Origin: Eledone cirrhosa
Lineage: Eukaryota
Direction of reading: 5' to 3'
Length of the DNA stretch: 64,000 nucleotides
NCBI GenBank assembly: GCA_964016885.1
Contig: OZ024743.1
Coordinates: 367,970,001 to 368,034,000 of the forward strand
Each line of letters begins with the position of its first letter. Position 1 is the first letter of the stretch. The translations under genes were made by a program, and so were the position numbers. Under the pieces are notes generated by a model. The model made no database searches, was not told the origin of the DNA, and was given only the letters and a program-made list of their open reading frames with translations. Positions 36,796 to 49,872 of this stretch are shown here, one piece after another.

Positions 36796-37085
36796 CTCCT
36801 GTCAAAAGCAACCAACTGATCCGGTTGGATCCCAGGCATGACCAGCCAAGCTCATGGATGTTATCTAACTCTCTTACTCGGGATCTACCCCTGGGTCTCT
36901 TGCCGGCTGGTTTTGTCCATGAAATCTGTCCAGTGATTCTTTCCTGAGACATTCTAACCACATGCCCAGAGTATTGGAGCTATGATTTCTCAATTCGGAA
37001 AAGTAGTGGCTCTGCCTGGAATGACTCTCTCATCTCTGAGCTACATACTTTATTGAGTGACGTTACTCCAACGACCCCTGCATAT
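36796..37085 (-). mobile_element. RTE family 2 (Expander/Rex3-like) 3' fragment
   Basis: GHVVRMSQER...GKRPRGRSRVRE; continues into the array as WKECLRILLPRP. Confidence 0.85.
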
Positions 37086-37169
37086 AACACTGACAATTTA
37101 AAATCTTTGGACTTTTGACAACTGTATTTTTCTGCTACACTCAATTTTGATTGATTTACTTTCTGGTTG

Positions 37170-37930
37170 TCTTCAGGTGTCCCATATGTGGCCCATTGTG
37201 AGACAAGCCAGATCAGATTACCGTATCTTGCTCCTACAGAACTGTTTCTGGCTTGGTTTCTTCAGTTGGATGCCCTTTCAAATGCCAACCACATTACAGT
37301 GTGGACAGGGGACTGGGTGGAGGAGGTGCATATATGCAGAGTGATGATTGGAGTCATAGGTCTGAGGTGGGGCATTTGCAATGTGGGTGAAAGGGGGAGT
37401 GTTAGGATGTGGGAGGTGTATGGAGGGAAGGTGGTGCATACTGGAGACCACTAAGCCTTCCTAGGTCTTCCTCTTCTATAGTTACCATTAACTTTGAGTG
37501 CCCTGCATATTTTTATATAGCTGTTATCCTTCATACACATCTCATGTCCATACCACCTCAATCTCCTCTCCTGCACACTACATCTGATCCCTCTTATGCC
37601 CAGTTTCTCAGTTTCTCTCAGTTCGTTTAGGCTTTGCCATTCATGTATATTACTATTACACATTCATCGAAGCATGCAAGCTTAATTTCTTTCCAATCTT
37701 CATAGGTTCTCTGCACACAGCACTCATGTCTCAGTACCATACAGCATTGCTGTCTACAGATATTCTAGGCATTTAAAGGAGATAGTATCTTGTGAGCTCT
37801 TACTTACTGTAACTGGGCATCAACCACATATAAAATCTATGTTATTTACTCGCTTGTCTGAGATCCCACTACATCTTTTATGTATCCATAGTTGGCATTT
37901 TGGACATAGGATGGAATTTCTACCTATGCC
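37170..37930 (-). mobile_element. RTE family 1 older copy, 3' half (continuation of 39064-40975)
   Basis: [27 protein letters not shown]...RRLRWYGH, 3' UTR. Confidence 0.85.
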
Positions 37931-37935
37931 CTGAT

Positions 37936-39063
37936 CCAGAAAACAGAACCCAGATCCCCTCAGGGAGATGGCCGTGCTGTGTTTAGAAAAGGTGTATGTA
38001 GGAACACCATCCTCTGCCCCAAACACAAACTATGGGTACACAAAAGATGTAGTGGGATTTCAGGAAGTTTAGCTTTACATGTAGCAGTTGCACTGGGTTA
38101 GTAAGCAGCAAACAGCCACGGGAAACAAACCCTACCAAACTCTGGGAGGGCTCTGTAGAAACAGTAGACAGCTTCTGCTACCTAGGTGACCAAATTAGCA
38201 GCGGAGGTGGGTGTTCGGAAAGTACAGTAACCAGGGTAAGAACAGGATGGAAGAAGTTCAGGGAGCTACTGCCACTGCTAGCTGTGAAAGGCTTTTCCCT
38301 CAAAATGAAAGGCAGACTGTATGATGCGTGTATACGAACATCAATGTTACACGGTAGTGAGACCTGGGCGCTGTGTGTAGAAGACTTGTGTAGATTAGAA
38401 AGAAATGAAGCTTGCATGCTCTGATGGATGAGTAATAGTAATATATGCGAACGGCAAAGCATTAACGAATTGAGAGAGAGACTGAGCATAAGAGGAATAA
38501 AATGCTGTGTGCAGGAGAGGAAGTTGCATTGGTATGGACATGTGATGCGTATGAAGGATGACAGCTGCATAAAAAGGTGCAGAGCACTAGAAGTCGGTGG
38601 AAGCCTTGGAGTGGGGAGACCCAAGAAGATTTGGGATGAGGTGATAAAAGCTGACCTTACCCAATTGCACCTCTCAAAGGCGATAACACAGGACCGTGAC
38701 CTCTGGTGTCACGCAGCAATACAGAAGACCCAACTTCCCACAGGTACAAGCTGAAGCTGAAGCATATAGACAACATACCAGCACCGCCGCCCACTGCAAA
38801 AAATGGTCGTGTAGGTGTCATGACAAAAAAAGCACCCAGCCCACACTGTAAAGTGGTCATGTAGGTACCACAGAAAAAAAGCACCCAGCACTCACTGTAA
38901 ATGAGGTTGGTGTTAGGAAGGGCGTCCAGCTGTAGAAATCAAGCCAGAATCAGTTCTGTATGAGCAAGACATGGCCACCTGACCTGGCATTGCCCACAAC
39001 AGGACAACCCGTCTAACCCATGACAGCATGGAAGAATGGACGTAAAATGGTGATGATGATGAT
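37936..39063 (+). mobile_element. RTE family 1 5'-truncated copy with tail, nested antisense inside another RTE
   Basis: Closely collinear with 10845-11985 (reverse complement); ends in (GAT)n. Confidence 0.92.
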
Positions 39064-40975
39064 TTCCTGTACACTGAGCAAGGTCATTTCCCTGAGGGAA
39101 TCTGGACTCTGTTTTCCTTTCTACATACTAGGATTTTGTTCTTTGTCAAGTTGACTTTAAGGCTTTTTGATTCTAGGCCATGCTTCCAGGTTTGAAATTT
39201 ATTCTCCAATTCTGCCATAGATTCCATTACAAGAGTTAGATCATTTGCATACAGAAGTTTCCATGGACTGTATGTCTTAAACTCTTCTGTTATAGCCTGC
39301 TGGATGATAATAAACAGGAGAGGCACTAAGCAAGGAGCCCTGATAGATTCCTACTTGCATGCTAAGTTCTTCACTATAGTCATTGTTAATTCTGACCTTG
39401 CTGACTGTTCCTTAATACGTGGCTTGAACTGCCCTCACAAGCCACTTGTCTACTAGTTTTTTAAAAGCCCACCTGATAATGGTATGGGGACTTTATCAAA
39501 AGCTTTCTGCAGGTCAACAAATGCCAGGTAGAGGGATTAACTTTTAGCTAGGTATTTCTCCTGAAGTTATCTCACAATGAAGATGGCATCAGTGGTATTT
39601 TTACCTGGCACAAATCCGAACTGCATCTCATCTAAGTTAACCTTGTCCTTAATTCACTGTGCTATAACTCTTTCTGTGACCTTCATGACCTGGTCCATCA
39701 AATTGATGCCTCTATAGTTTACTCTGTCTAGAGCATCTTTGCCCTTGTAGCAGTTGATGATGATGATGCAATGTTAGTCATTGGGTGTGATACCATTTTG
39801 TATTACTTGGTTTACAATATGGCATGATCAGTATCTTGGCAACTATCTCCAAAGGTCCATCTGCTTTGCTTGTCTTCATATCCTTGTTTGCCTTACTTAC
39901 TATACTACTGCTAACTTGCATAGCTAGTCCCTCTTTTGGGTCAACTTGGAGCAAACTATCTTCTTTCCGTGCATTCTCCTCTTTCATAGTGGTACTTCAT
40001 GCTACCTTCTTTTCAGTGTCAGTGAGGGGAAAGTACACCATTGTCATCACGGACACACTTCTCCCCATCAACATCATAATTTTCCTTGACACACTGCCTC
40101 AGAATCATGAGCACCTCACACCTTTGGTCCTCATGTTGCAAAACATGTTTAAATTTTTTATTTTCTGCTTCCTTTCTTGCAAAGTATACTTGTCACCTAG
40201 CCTCTCTCCTAGCATCCTGGTAGTGCTCTCTACTTCCCTCATTCTGTCATTCCTTCCATGCCTGTCTCTTAGCCTTAATTGCTTTATCCACCCTACTATT
40301 CCACCACCAAGTCACTCTTTTTCTCTCTAGAGACCTGCTCCAGCAACAAATTTCATCTGTAGGTTACATTTCAGGGACTCCTCAGCTCTTCTCGATCATA
40401 TGTCTCTATTTGCTCTTCCTTACTGTCGAAAGTGTCAATCAACATAGTTGTAAATTTGTTACTGACTGAGGAGCCCTTTATCTTCCATATTTTTCTCCTC
40501 CAGGTTGTCCTCTGTCGCTGAGTTCATCTAGCTCTAACTACTAGTTTATATTTGGAGGTGAATTCTTCACCAGGGAGGCACTTTGTGTTTACAACCATCA
40601 CTCTACCTCATGTTTACAACCATACTCTAGTAAGGATAATATCTCTCTGGCTGGTATGTTCACCTAAACTATAGGTGATCAAATGCTTGTGTGATCCTTT
40701 TGAAGTTTGAATTACAGATAGACAGATCATTGGCATTCCAGAATTCCAGTAGTCTAAACCTTCCTCATTTCTCGCGCCAAGCCCAAATCCACTGTGGGCT
40801 CTATAGAAGCCATCAGAGTGTTGCCCAACATGTCTGTTAAAGTCACCTGCAAGGATTATGAGGTCACTGTCACTTATTTGGGAAGTAGTGTGCAATAGGG
40901 ATTGCTAGAACCTATCTTTTAGTTTGTCTGACACTCCAGATTGAGGTGCATAAGCAGATATAATTCTTAAAATTA
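39064..40975 (-). mobile_element. RTE family 1 older copy, 5' half (APE + RT)
   Basis: [55 protein letters not shown]. Confidence 0.9.
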
Positions 40976-42004
40976 AGGTTTTGCCCTAACATAGCTGTAT
41001 ACATATTTTGTATATCTAGTGATATACGGTATATTTACGAATTAACACTTTAAAAGCCTTCAGCTATGAATTGGAAACTGATGAAGCAAAGGGTGAGTAA
41101 CTGATGACGACATCGTTTCTGACTCAGGTTGTTATCAAGTTAAGTTAGAAAAGTCAAAAAGAAATGGCAAGTTTTTTTAAAATCTGATATAGTGCCATCA
41201 TTGCATTACTCCTTGGTGATGTAAAAGACGAAAATGCTATTAAAAATCAACATAAAACACAAATGAAAGATATTCAGAGAAATGTAAAAATATCTAAAAA
41301 AAATGTTGCTATTAAATTGGGTAAAATATAAATATAATTTATGAGTTTATGCCTGGGGCAACTACTTAGTTGTGTCCTAAACTTCCTCACCAGCTGAATC
41401 CTATCATATTTTCAATGAGTTACTCAATTAGCTTGCTAATGTCAAAGATTGGTTCTCTCTCTTTCAATGATTGGCTGTCAACAATCAATACATTTCTATA
41501 TAGATGACAACCCATATATTCCTGTATGGATGATATAATACACCAGTGCCTAATATTCTTATATAATAACTTATACATTGCTGCTATCAGCAACACCCAA
41601 TACAGCATATTCACAACTTCCATCACTGATGATATTGTCCAATGGAGTAATTGATATTGTTCATTGGGGGTTTAGCAATCTGATATTATTCAATGGAGAT
41701 CTGGCAATCTGATAATATTTAATGACATCAAAAATAAAACTACGCTACACCAATCTATAACTTTATAATTCCCCAGTCAACTAAGGAGCTTCTCTAAAGT
41801 CATGTGACCTTCTAGAAATATCACCCAAATCTCATTCAGTTGACATTTCACTTTCTTAAAATTAAAAAGAACATACAATTATGTAGTCTTAGATACAGTG
41901 TGTAAGAAAAAAATATGAGATAATCACAACTAGAACTTCTTTAACCATACGTTTGCTTCAGGGCTGACCTGAAACTAAACAAAATCAACAAAAATATATA
42001 CTAT

Positions 42005-42216
42005 ATTGGCAGAATTGATAGAGCATTAGATGAAATGCAGTTGTATTTATTTGTTCTGGCTATTTACATTCTGTGTTCAAATTCCACCAAGGTTAACTTT
42101 GCCTTTCATTCTTCTGCAGGCTGATAAGATAAAGTACCAGTCAAATACTATGTTTGATTTAATCAACTTCGCCCTTTCCCCAAATTTGCTTGCGTTAGGC
42201 CTAAATTAGAAATCAA
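42005..42216 (+). mobile_element. Diverged tRNA-derived SINE (family 1-related)
   Basis: ttggcagaattg...gttcaaattcc...gcctttcat...aaagtaccag...cctaaattagaaa. Confidence 0.7.
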
Positions 42217-42479
42217 TATATACTATATACATGTTCTGTATTGTTAAATAGATATCAGTTTTATCCCTGGTGATTCCATTGAATGTGTCTACATAATCTA
42301 AGTTGATTGTACAAGTCTATTTTTGAGATAATAGAATGCTGAGGAAAACATGGAATCAAGACAGATCTGGTTCCAAGAGTTCCTCTTATCAACCTGCTTC
42401 CCTCCATTATTTGTTTCAGCTTCCTCTTGACAGATATTTTCAAATGTACCATGTTCTCCACCAAAGCAGACAATAAAAT

Positions 42480-43200
42480 ATATCAACCATTCATGAGGAA
42501 GCATCAATACTAAAGTTTTTGAAAGTTTGCTTTAGTTGATCCTTGTACTGCCCCCAGGTTACCTGGTTGCCTTTGTGGATGACTAACTAAAGCTCTATTT
42601 CAGACATTCTTAGCACCTTAGTGACTATCTCTTATGGTTTGACAGCTTTTCTCTTTTTTATGCTTCTAATGGCTGCTTCAACCAATAACTATCAAGCTGG
42701 TCCCTTCTGTTAAATTTACATATTTTTCCACATTCAGTAACCTCTTACATTAACTTCTGAGCATTGGTGAAGCTAAATGCACCAGTGTCATTCTAAAATA
42801 TTTTTCCTAACAACTTTGCAATAAGGAACAACCCATGCCTCACATTATGAACGCTGATAAACTTCTTTCTTTTAGTTTTTTTGCTACCTAGCTTAACTAC
42901 TTGATATTGTTCTTTGCAGCCACCTTTCTTCTAGTCCTTTCAGGCTTGTTTTTAACTTTTATGACACTATTTACAGTGCTATTCCACCACTTTTAATCAA
43001 GTTGGTACCTTATTCCAACCATAGATCACATCAGTAGCTCACAACAGGTTGTCACATAGGAACTTCCAATTGTCCTTTATATCATAGGTATCTATCTTCT
43101 CTGCTTTTTCATTGTAGGTGACACATAGAGCTTTTCTGAACCAGTATTCAATAGAGGTATCTTTTAGTTTCTACACACTCCTCCACATTGTCTTGAAGGA
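42480..43200 (-). mobile_element. Highly degraded RTE family 1 fragment
   Basis: WWNSTV motif near 42975 and weak collinearity with 7650-8400. Confidence 0.45.
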
Positions 43201-43283
43201 TGTAGATGGTGTTTGACATATTGAGGGTGTGTCTAGTTGTGCTCGTTCGCCTAAATATGTGTGCGTGGTGGGTGGCTTTTATA

Positions 43284-44129
43284 CAAGGTGTGTCAGAAAA
43301 GTAACAGGACTTAGTGTAATGTGTGAGCTACGAGTGGGGTAGAGATTAGTGGGTTTCATCACTGTGTGACATAATATCAAGGAAGTATATAACAGATTTT
43401 CGCTCTCTGCAGCCATTGAATGTTTTTTCATGTGCTTTTGTTAACATCTCCTAAATTTTAGGCTGTCGAGCAATGGGTGCAGAGCAATGAACCAACCTGA
43501 AGTTTCTGCTCCAGCTGGGGAAAACTCCATCAGAAGCACTTAGAATACTGTGGCAAGTGTACAGAGATGAGATGATGTCACACTCACGGGTTTTCAAATG
43601 TCACAAAAGGTTCAAAGAGGGATGTGAGGTCATAGACGATGACCCCAGGAGTGGAAGGCCTTCAACTAGCAGGACTGAGGTCAACGCCGAGCATGTGAGG
43701 CAGGTGGTGTGTGGCAATTGTTGGTTAACAGTTCGACTAATTGCAAGTAAGCTAGGCATGAACCATGACAGCGTTTGGAAGATTATCTACAAATATTTGG
43801 GCATGCAGAAGATCTGCGAAGGACATTGCCATGCTGGAGCAACTTCCCTACTTACCCAACCTGGCTTTGTGTGATTTTTTTCCTTTTCCCCAAGCTCAAG
43901 AGGGTCATCAAGGATACCCATTTTCTGGATGTGGAAGCCATCAAGAAGGCCTTGACAATGGAGCTGCAGAGAATCATTCCAGGAGTGCATGGAGGGCATG
44001 GTGGAAAAGGGTGGAAAAGTATGTTAGCCTTGGGGGGGGTTATTTTGAAGGGGTAAACTTGTAATTTGTAGTTTGGATTTGAAATATTTTTTTGTGACCC
44101 CTGACCTGTTTCTTTTCTGACGCACCTTG
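43284..44129 (+). mobile_element. mariner element with internal deletion
   Basis: TA-flanked TIRs CAAGGTGTGTCAGAAAAG / CTTTTCTGACGCACCTTG; HTH region DDPRSGRPSTS; PYLPNLALCDFF (YSPDLAP-like); YFEG C-terminus; first two catalytic Asp regions deleted. Confidence 0.92.
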
Positions 44130-45129
44130 TATGCTGCCAGGAGGGGCGTTTATATGCTGCTGGGTCATGGGAGTGTTTTTGGAGCAACTGTGGGGTATGC
44201 CCTACTGTCTTTGCTGGCCTCAGTTGGATGGGGAAATGTGTCAGGACAAGGCAAATCAGTCAAGGTTCATTCCATTTTTCCATGCAATCGAACTCATGAC
44301 CTTATAATCATGAACAAACATCCTAACCACTAAGCCACACATTGGATGATGTAGCCATTGATACACTACATCATTCATTTGATAATGCAAGGCTAAATAC
44401 ACTAAAGTTGATGAAAAGACTGGTGACTGGAATGTTTTTGGTTATAGATCTGCTTCATAAGGGCTGACCTAGGAACTAAACATCAGCAATAACAACAATA
44501 GATTCCTTTCATTCCTTATTAAACATTGTAAAATTTCCAAAATCACAAAAAAAAAATTAGAAACTAAGAAATATTTCAGCTCTGCACAGCTCTATATCCC
44601 TTACTGAAGGTTTTACAGAGATTCAAACATAGGTTCCTGTTTTCATTATAGACTCAGAGATTTGTTCTGTCGTATGATTCCATTTATGTGATTTAATTTA
44701 TCCAGCTTTAGTAACAACAATTACATGGTAATATCTGTGATGAATCCACCTTTCATTTATAAATCTCTCTTAAACTTCCAAACATTTAAAATAAATATTT
44801 CATTGTCTTTCTCTCAACAAGATTTATTCTCAAGCAAAATGTCTTTATATTAAAAAAAAAATGAAAAACAAGAACAGATTGTTTACACTTCAGTTAATGG
44901 AATCTTTCACCAATTTCAGCAAAAGCAGTAAATAAGCATTATCATTTTCTACAATATTTTTTTTTATTTCAAAACATCAAATATTCTGTAAAACCAAATA
45001 CAACTCATATTTCATACACTTTCACACAAATACACATTGGAATGAATCCTATTCTAGCATAATGCATATATTATTAGTATTGAAATTAAAAATGAAAACA
45101 AAATTATTAATAATTTTCGCAACAGTATT

Positions 45130-45490
45130 GGGGATTGGCAGAATCATTAGTGTCAGGCAAAATGTGGATTGGCAAATAGTTACAACCAGTTACATTTTGA
45201 GTTCAAATCCATAAAAAGTTGACTTTGCCTTTCATCCTACCAGGGTTGATAAAATAAGTAGCACCAAAGTACTGGTGTTAATATAATCAGCTATTCCCTC
45301 ATCGCAAAATTTCTAGCCTTGTACCAATGGAACAAATTATTATTATTTTGGCTTATTTTGTTAGATTTGTTAGAATTTAGGCAGAATGACTTGCAGTAGT
45401 TATTCCAAGTCTTTATGTTCTGAGTTAAAATCCTGCTGAGGTCAACTTTGCTTTTGATCCTAAAGTACCAGTCATGTATTAGGGTCATTT
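45130..45490 (+). mobile_element. Two tandem diverged SINEs (family 1-related)
   Basis: gattggcagaatc...gagttcaaatcc...gactttgcctttcatcc...aattattatt, followed by a second partial copy. Confidence 0.7.
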
Positions 45491-47084
45491 TAAATTGACT
45501 GCTGATCTAGGCCATATGCATGGTACAGAAGATGCAAATTTCCCACCTTACTGTAGAGCTCCAATGACAAGTGAAGTGACATACCAGTTGGAGTACACTG
45601 CCTTTCACATCAATATTATCTATGTGAAACACCTTATATTATTGCCAACATAACCCATACACACACACTCTTTCTCTAAAAGCAGATTTCCATTAAAAGC
45701 AATAATGCAAAGAAGAAAAAAAAGATTCAACTGTAGCATAAAGAACTCCCCCAATATAACTATCTCTTACAAATATTTATATTATATTAATATTTCTGCC
45801 AAATGTTAAAATATATTATTGGATTACATACAATGTTATTGTCTCAAATAAGCTGCATGGTTGATTGTGTGTATAAGTGCATATGAATGTGTTTTCAACT
45901 GCAGCTAGGAAATATATCTGCAAAACAATGGTTAACTGTTGTCAATAATAAAATATACTAGTTATATCATATATTAAATTTTCTTAGTCAGTTTATCTTA
46001 ATGGTTGTGAATACTCTCATTGCTGTTTTGGTAAATATCACCTGAGTTAGTTCGTCATAGAAAAATATCAGTCATAACTTTTCAATAAGCATGGTAAACA
46101 GGAGAAATGAATGAAAACAGAATTTAACAGAATAGCAGTACTTGGATTTTATATTTTGAATAAAATATTGAGGAAGAGACAGAGTATGACTCAGCATTAA
46201 ATTTCAGTGATGGATGGTTACGATCAGTTATGAAACTTTCACTAAGTGTTGTCAGATCTAGCAGGTGAGGAGGACAAATCATAATGAAGAATTACAATAA
46301 AGGAAGTTGAATCAACAAGATAGGTATTTATCTTCTGGATAGGGGTCTATAATGCTAGTGATCAAACAAGAGCCACAGTATCGCCAAAATGAGAACAGAG
46401 TTGATGCTGCACTCATACAAAAGTCATATTGCTATTTAGGCCCAAAATACATATACCAACATAAATCTGTGAGCTGTTATGCAGGCATGAAGGGTTAAGA
46501 AGGGTTAAGAAGTTTGCTATGCAACAATGTGGTCTCCAGCTCTATTTCTTTGTTTGACACTTTGAGTAAGTGTCTTCTACTATAACCTCCAGCCAATCTA
46601 TGTCTGTGAATGAATTTGATAGATGAAAACTGTATAAAGTACATTGATATATATATATGTGTTTGTTTGTGTGTTGGTGTGTGTGTGTGTGTGGGGGGGG
46701 GATATGTATTTGTTTCTGTTTTTTCACATTTGATATAGCTAGCACAGACATTGATATTTGATTATATTCCACATAAACTAGTGGTTAGATGTGGGAAGAT
46801 CTGTACCTTCTTTAAAACCATGTGAGAGTTGGCATCAGGAAGGGTATCTGGCCATAGAATTCTTCCTAGAAAAGTTTTATTCAACTCACACCACCATGGA
46901 AAATGGATGATTGTAGCATATATGTGTATTTTTTACTTTGCCTCAACCTGGGTCAATTTGAAGCTTGTAGAAAGTCAACAAAGTTCAAAACCAAAATATT
47001 TTGTGTCAAAGACATGACAACTTCTCTAGTGCTGGTGTCACAATAAAATGCACTTGGTAGAACATGGAACTATTTGCAAGTGAA

Positions 47085-47938
47085 ATACAAATCCAAATTT
47101 TCAAAAAGGGAGACAAAAAAGATTGCTCCAATTATAGAGGGATCACTTTGTTAAGCCTCCCAAGCAAAATCTATGCTAAAGGGATGTAGGGATATTGTTG
47201 AGTTTAAGCTAACTGATGAATAGTGTGGTTTTCACCCTGGATGTGGCAGGTCTTTGAAAACTCATGGGAGTACTGCCAAGGGGTGTATTCTTGCTTTGTA
47301 AACCACAAAAAGGCATATGAGCATGTTCCACAGGACCTGCTATGTAAGGTTGTGCAGGAGAATGGGATCAATTGTCAGCTTCTTGCTGTCCTGATGTCTC
47401 TATACTAATGCCAAGGGTGCATACTGCCATCCCTCTTGTTCATTATTTTCATGAATAGGACTAACCTGAACAGGTTAAGTGCAAGAATTGAAAGAGCTGG
47501 TGCACTAATGCACCAGCTTCAGCATTCGGTAATCAGAAGAAGGGAAGTAGGTGTAAAAGCCAAACTAGCTATCCTCAATTTGGTACTCATGTCAACCCTT
47601 ACCTATGGTCATGAATCTTGCGTAATGACCAAAAGAATACAATCATGAATACAAGTGGCCGAAATGGGGTTGCTCCAAAGGGTCTTTGGAGTAATGTTAC
47701 AATGGGCATGTGGTTAGAATGTCTCAGGAAAGAATTGCAGGACAGATTTTATGGGGAAAAATCAACTGGCAAAAGACCCAGCAAAATAGTTGAATAACAT
47801 CCATGAGCTTGGCTGGTCTTGCTTGGGGATCCAGCTTGATCAGTAGGAAATGGTTGCTTCTAATAGGACCCGCTGAAAGGGGTGTTTGAGGATTCTGCCC
47901 TTAAAACCCTCTCAGGAATAAGTGGGCGAAGAAGAGAT
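47085..47938 (+). mobile_element. RTE family 2 (Expander/Rex3-like), degraded, with several internal deletions
   Basis: FKKGDKKDCSNYRGITLLSLP, KAYEHVP, QGCILPSLLFIIFM, LTYGHES; 3' end matches 36319-36960. Confidence 0.88.
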
Positions 47939-48997
47939 GTTTTTAAAGAAGATCATTGATAATGGTTTTTTATCTAATCACTTTAGTTAGATATTATTTC
48001 TAAATAGTAAGCTGTGGAAGCACTATATAATTTGAGTGTTTCGTTAAAAAAATTATACTGGAAAGCCATTCCAGTATATCTTTTATTGAATCATCTCATA
48101 AAGAAAATATTCTTCAGTGGTACTCCAACAATCAAATTAGTTATGCAACATTAGTTTTCACTCTTTTGTTACCATACTGCCTGAAGCTGTCTTGTTTTTT
48201 TTATTTATACAAACCTGCCCATTCTAAAATATTCATATTTATATTGAAACCTTCCATCATAATTTCATTTAAAACATTCTGATTAAGTAAACCTCTAGAC
48301 ATCATCATCATCATCTTCGTTTAACGTCCACTTTCCATGCTAGCATGAATGAAAAGGTTAGTTACGTATTTTATCAAATTCCTCCAATTTTTTTTTTATT
48401 GTTTTCAAAATTAATTGAAACAGTTAGGCAGTGTATTTACTAGAAATATGGTAAATATATTCTAATATTTAGAATATTCTTTTAAGTTCTTACGCATAAT
48501 TTGGAGAGAGGTAGAATCCATACAGTACCAAACCAAGTGTCTTAGAGTATTTGCTTTTATCCTTTTACAAGTAGACCTATGCATCTTACCTAGGAATATG
48601 GTATGTGTAAGGTTTTAACTCTTGATCAAGTTAACCATGTAGTGAAATAAATACATCTTTTTATCACATCTACAGTGCCTCTTCAATGCCTCTTAGAAGG
48701 AGACTGGAGCCCAACAAAATGTTATTCAATGTTATTCACAAAACAGAGTAATGTGTGTCAGTCTGTATAGTCTAAAGAGAATTTTAATGTTCTCAGCAGA
48801 GAATTTCATCCCAAATGTTAGAATCTGCTTTTGCATATGAACTATTTAATGGTGGTGATTTACAGTGGATGGGAAATGGATGAAGAGGTTGTGATGCTTA
48901 TAGTATCCTCAAGGATATTGACTTTGTAAGTGGAAGGAAATAGTTTCAGCTGGGATCATAAATGTGTATGTATGATGCATATTATAATTGAATATAA

Positions 48998-49534
48998 TCT
49001 ATCTATATCTATATATATAAAGCTGTGGTTGTCTGTCTGTCTATCGATTTTTGGCACACATCTCCTCTTAGAATCTCTGACGGAATTGTACCGAAATTGC
49101 TATACTTGTACATTGAGCCCTAGCGAAGACATCGGAAAAAAAATATTTCAAATTGACCCACCCTATGTGACGAAATCGAATCTAATGTATCGATTTTTGA
49201 GCGTAAGTGACGAGTTATTTCCCTTTGTTCTGTTTACATTGAGCGTCTTACGTTGTTTTTCTCTGCGTTGCAGTGTTTACATTTTCGATCTTTGTTAATA
49301 AATAACCAGTGCAGTTTCTATCCCCAGCATCCTCTTTTGTTATAACATTCGGGTTATCGTTATGTTTTCTTAACTTCATAAGGCATATTGTTGGTTGAGG
49401 GAATATTAATCAAAAACACCACATGCAAGTCTGCACAGTAGACACTACAGTTTTTAAGCCAAGAAAGAAACTTAACATTGTAACTTTAACACAGCTACTG
49501 AGGGACCCCGAGCAACGCCAGGCTTTACTGCTAG
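48998..49534 (+). mobile_element. Complete non-autonomous Helitron (537 bp)
   Basis: 5' A|TCTATCTATATC...CTGTCTGTC; 3' CCCGAGCAACGCCAGG degenerate hairpin + CTAG|T. Confidence 0.88.
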
Positions 49535-49872
49535 TTGAATATAAAAGAAAGATAAACACAGATATATACACATATGTGTTCAAATCGTAAGGGACCAAAT
49601 TCGCTAAGGTGAAAAAAATACTAACTATGGACTATAGGGTTTGCCAGACTCAATTTAAGAATAAATCAAGAAAATAAATACAAACAAGAATTGTGGTAAT
49701 TGGTAGTTACCACAATTCTTGTTTGTATTTATTTTCTTGATTTATTCTTAAATTGAGTCTGGCAAACCCTATAGTCCATAGTTAGTATTTTTTTCACCTT
49801 AGCGAATCTGGTCCCTTACGATTTGAACACATATGTGTATATATCTGTGTTTGTCTTTTTTTTAATATTCAA
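49535..49872. repeat. Near-perfect palindrome, ~165-bp arms, ~7-nt loop
   Basis: ...gaattgtggtaa-ttggtag-ttaccacaattc...; arms differ only at a few positions, mostly near the outer ends. Confidence 0.97.

Noticed and set aside
36305-36841. CRISPR-like array or 178-aa repeat protein
   Set aside because: Units are contiguous with no unique spacers, there are no cas genes, and the ORF is antisense to a LINE 3' end and open only because 60 is a multiple of 3.
41077-41120. Two CTGATGA motifs as hammerhead cores
   Set aside because: No stem II + GAAA + UH arrangement follows; the same applies to ctgatgag at ~10211.
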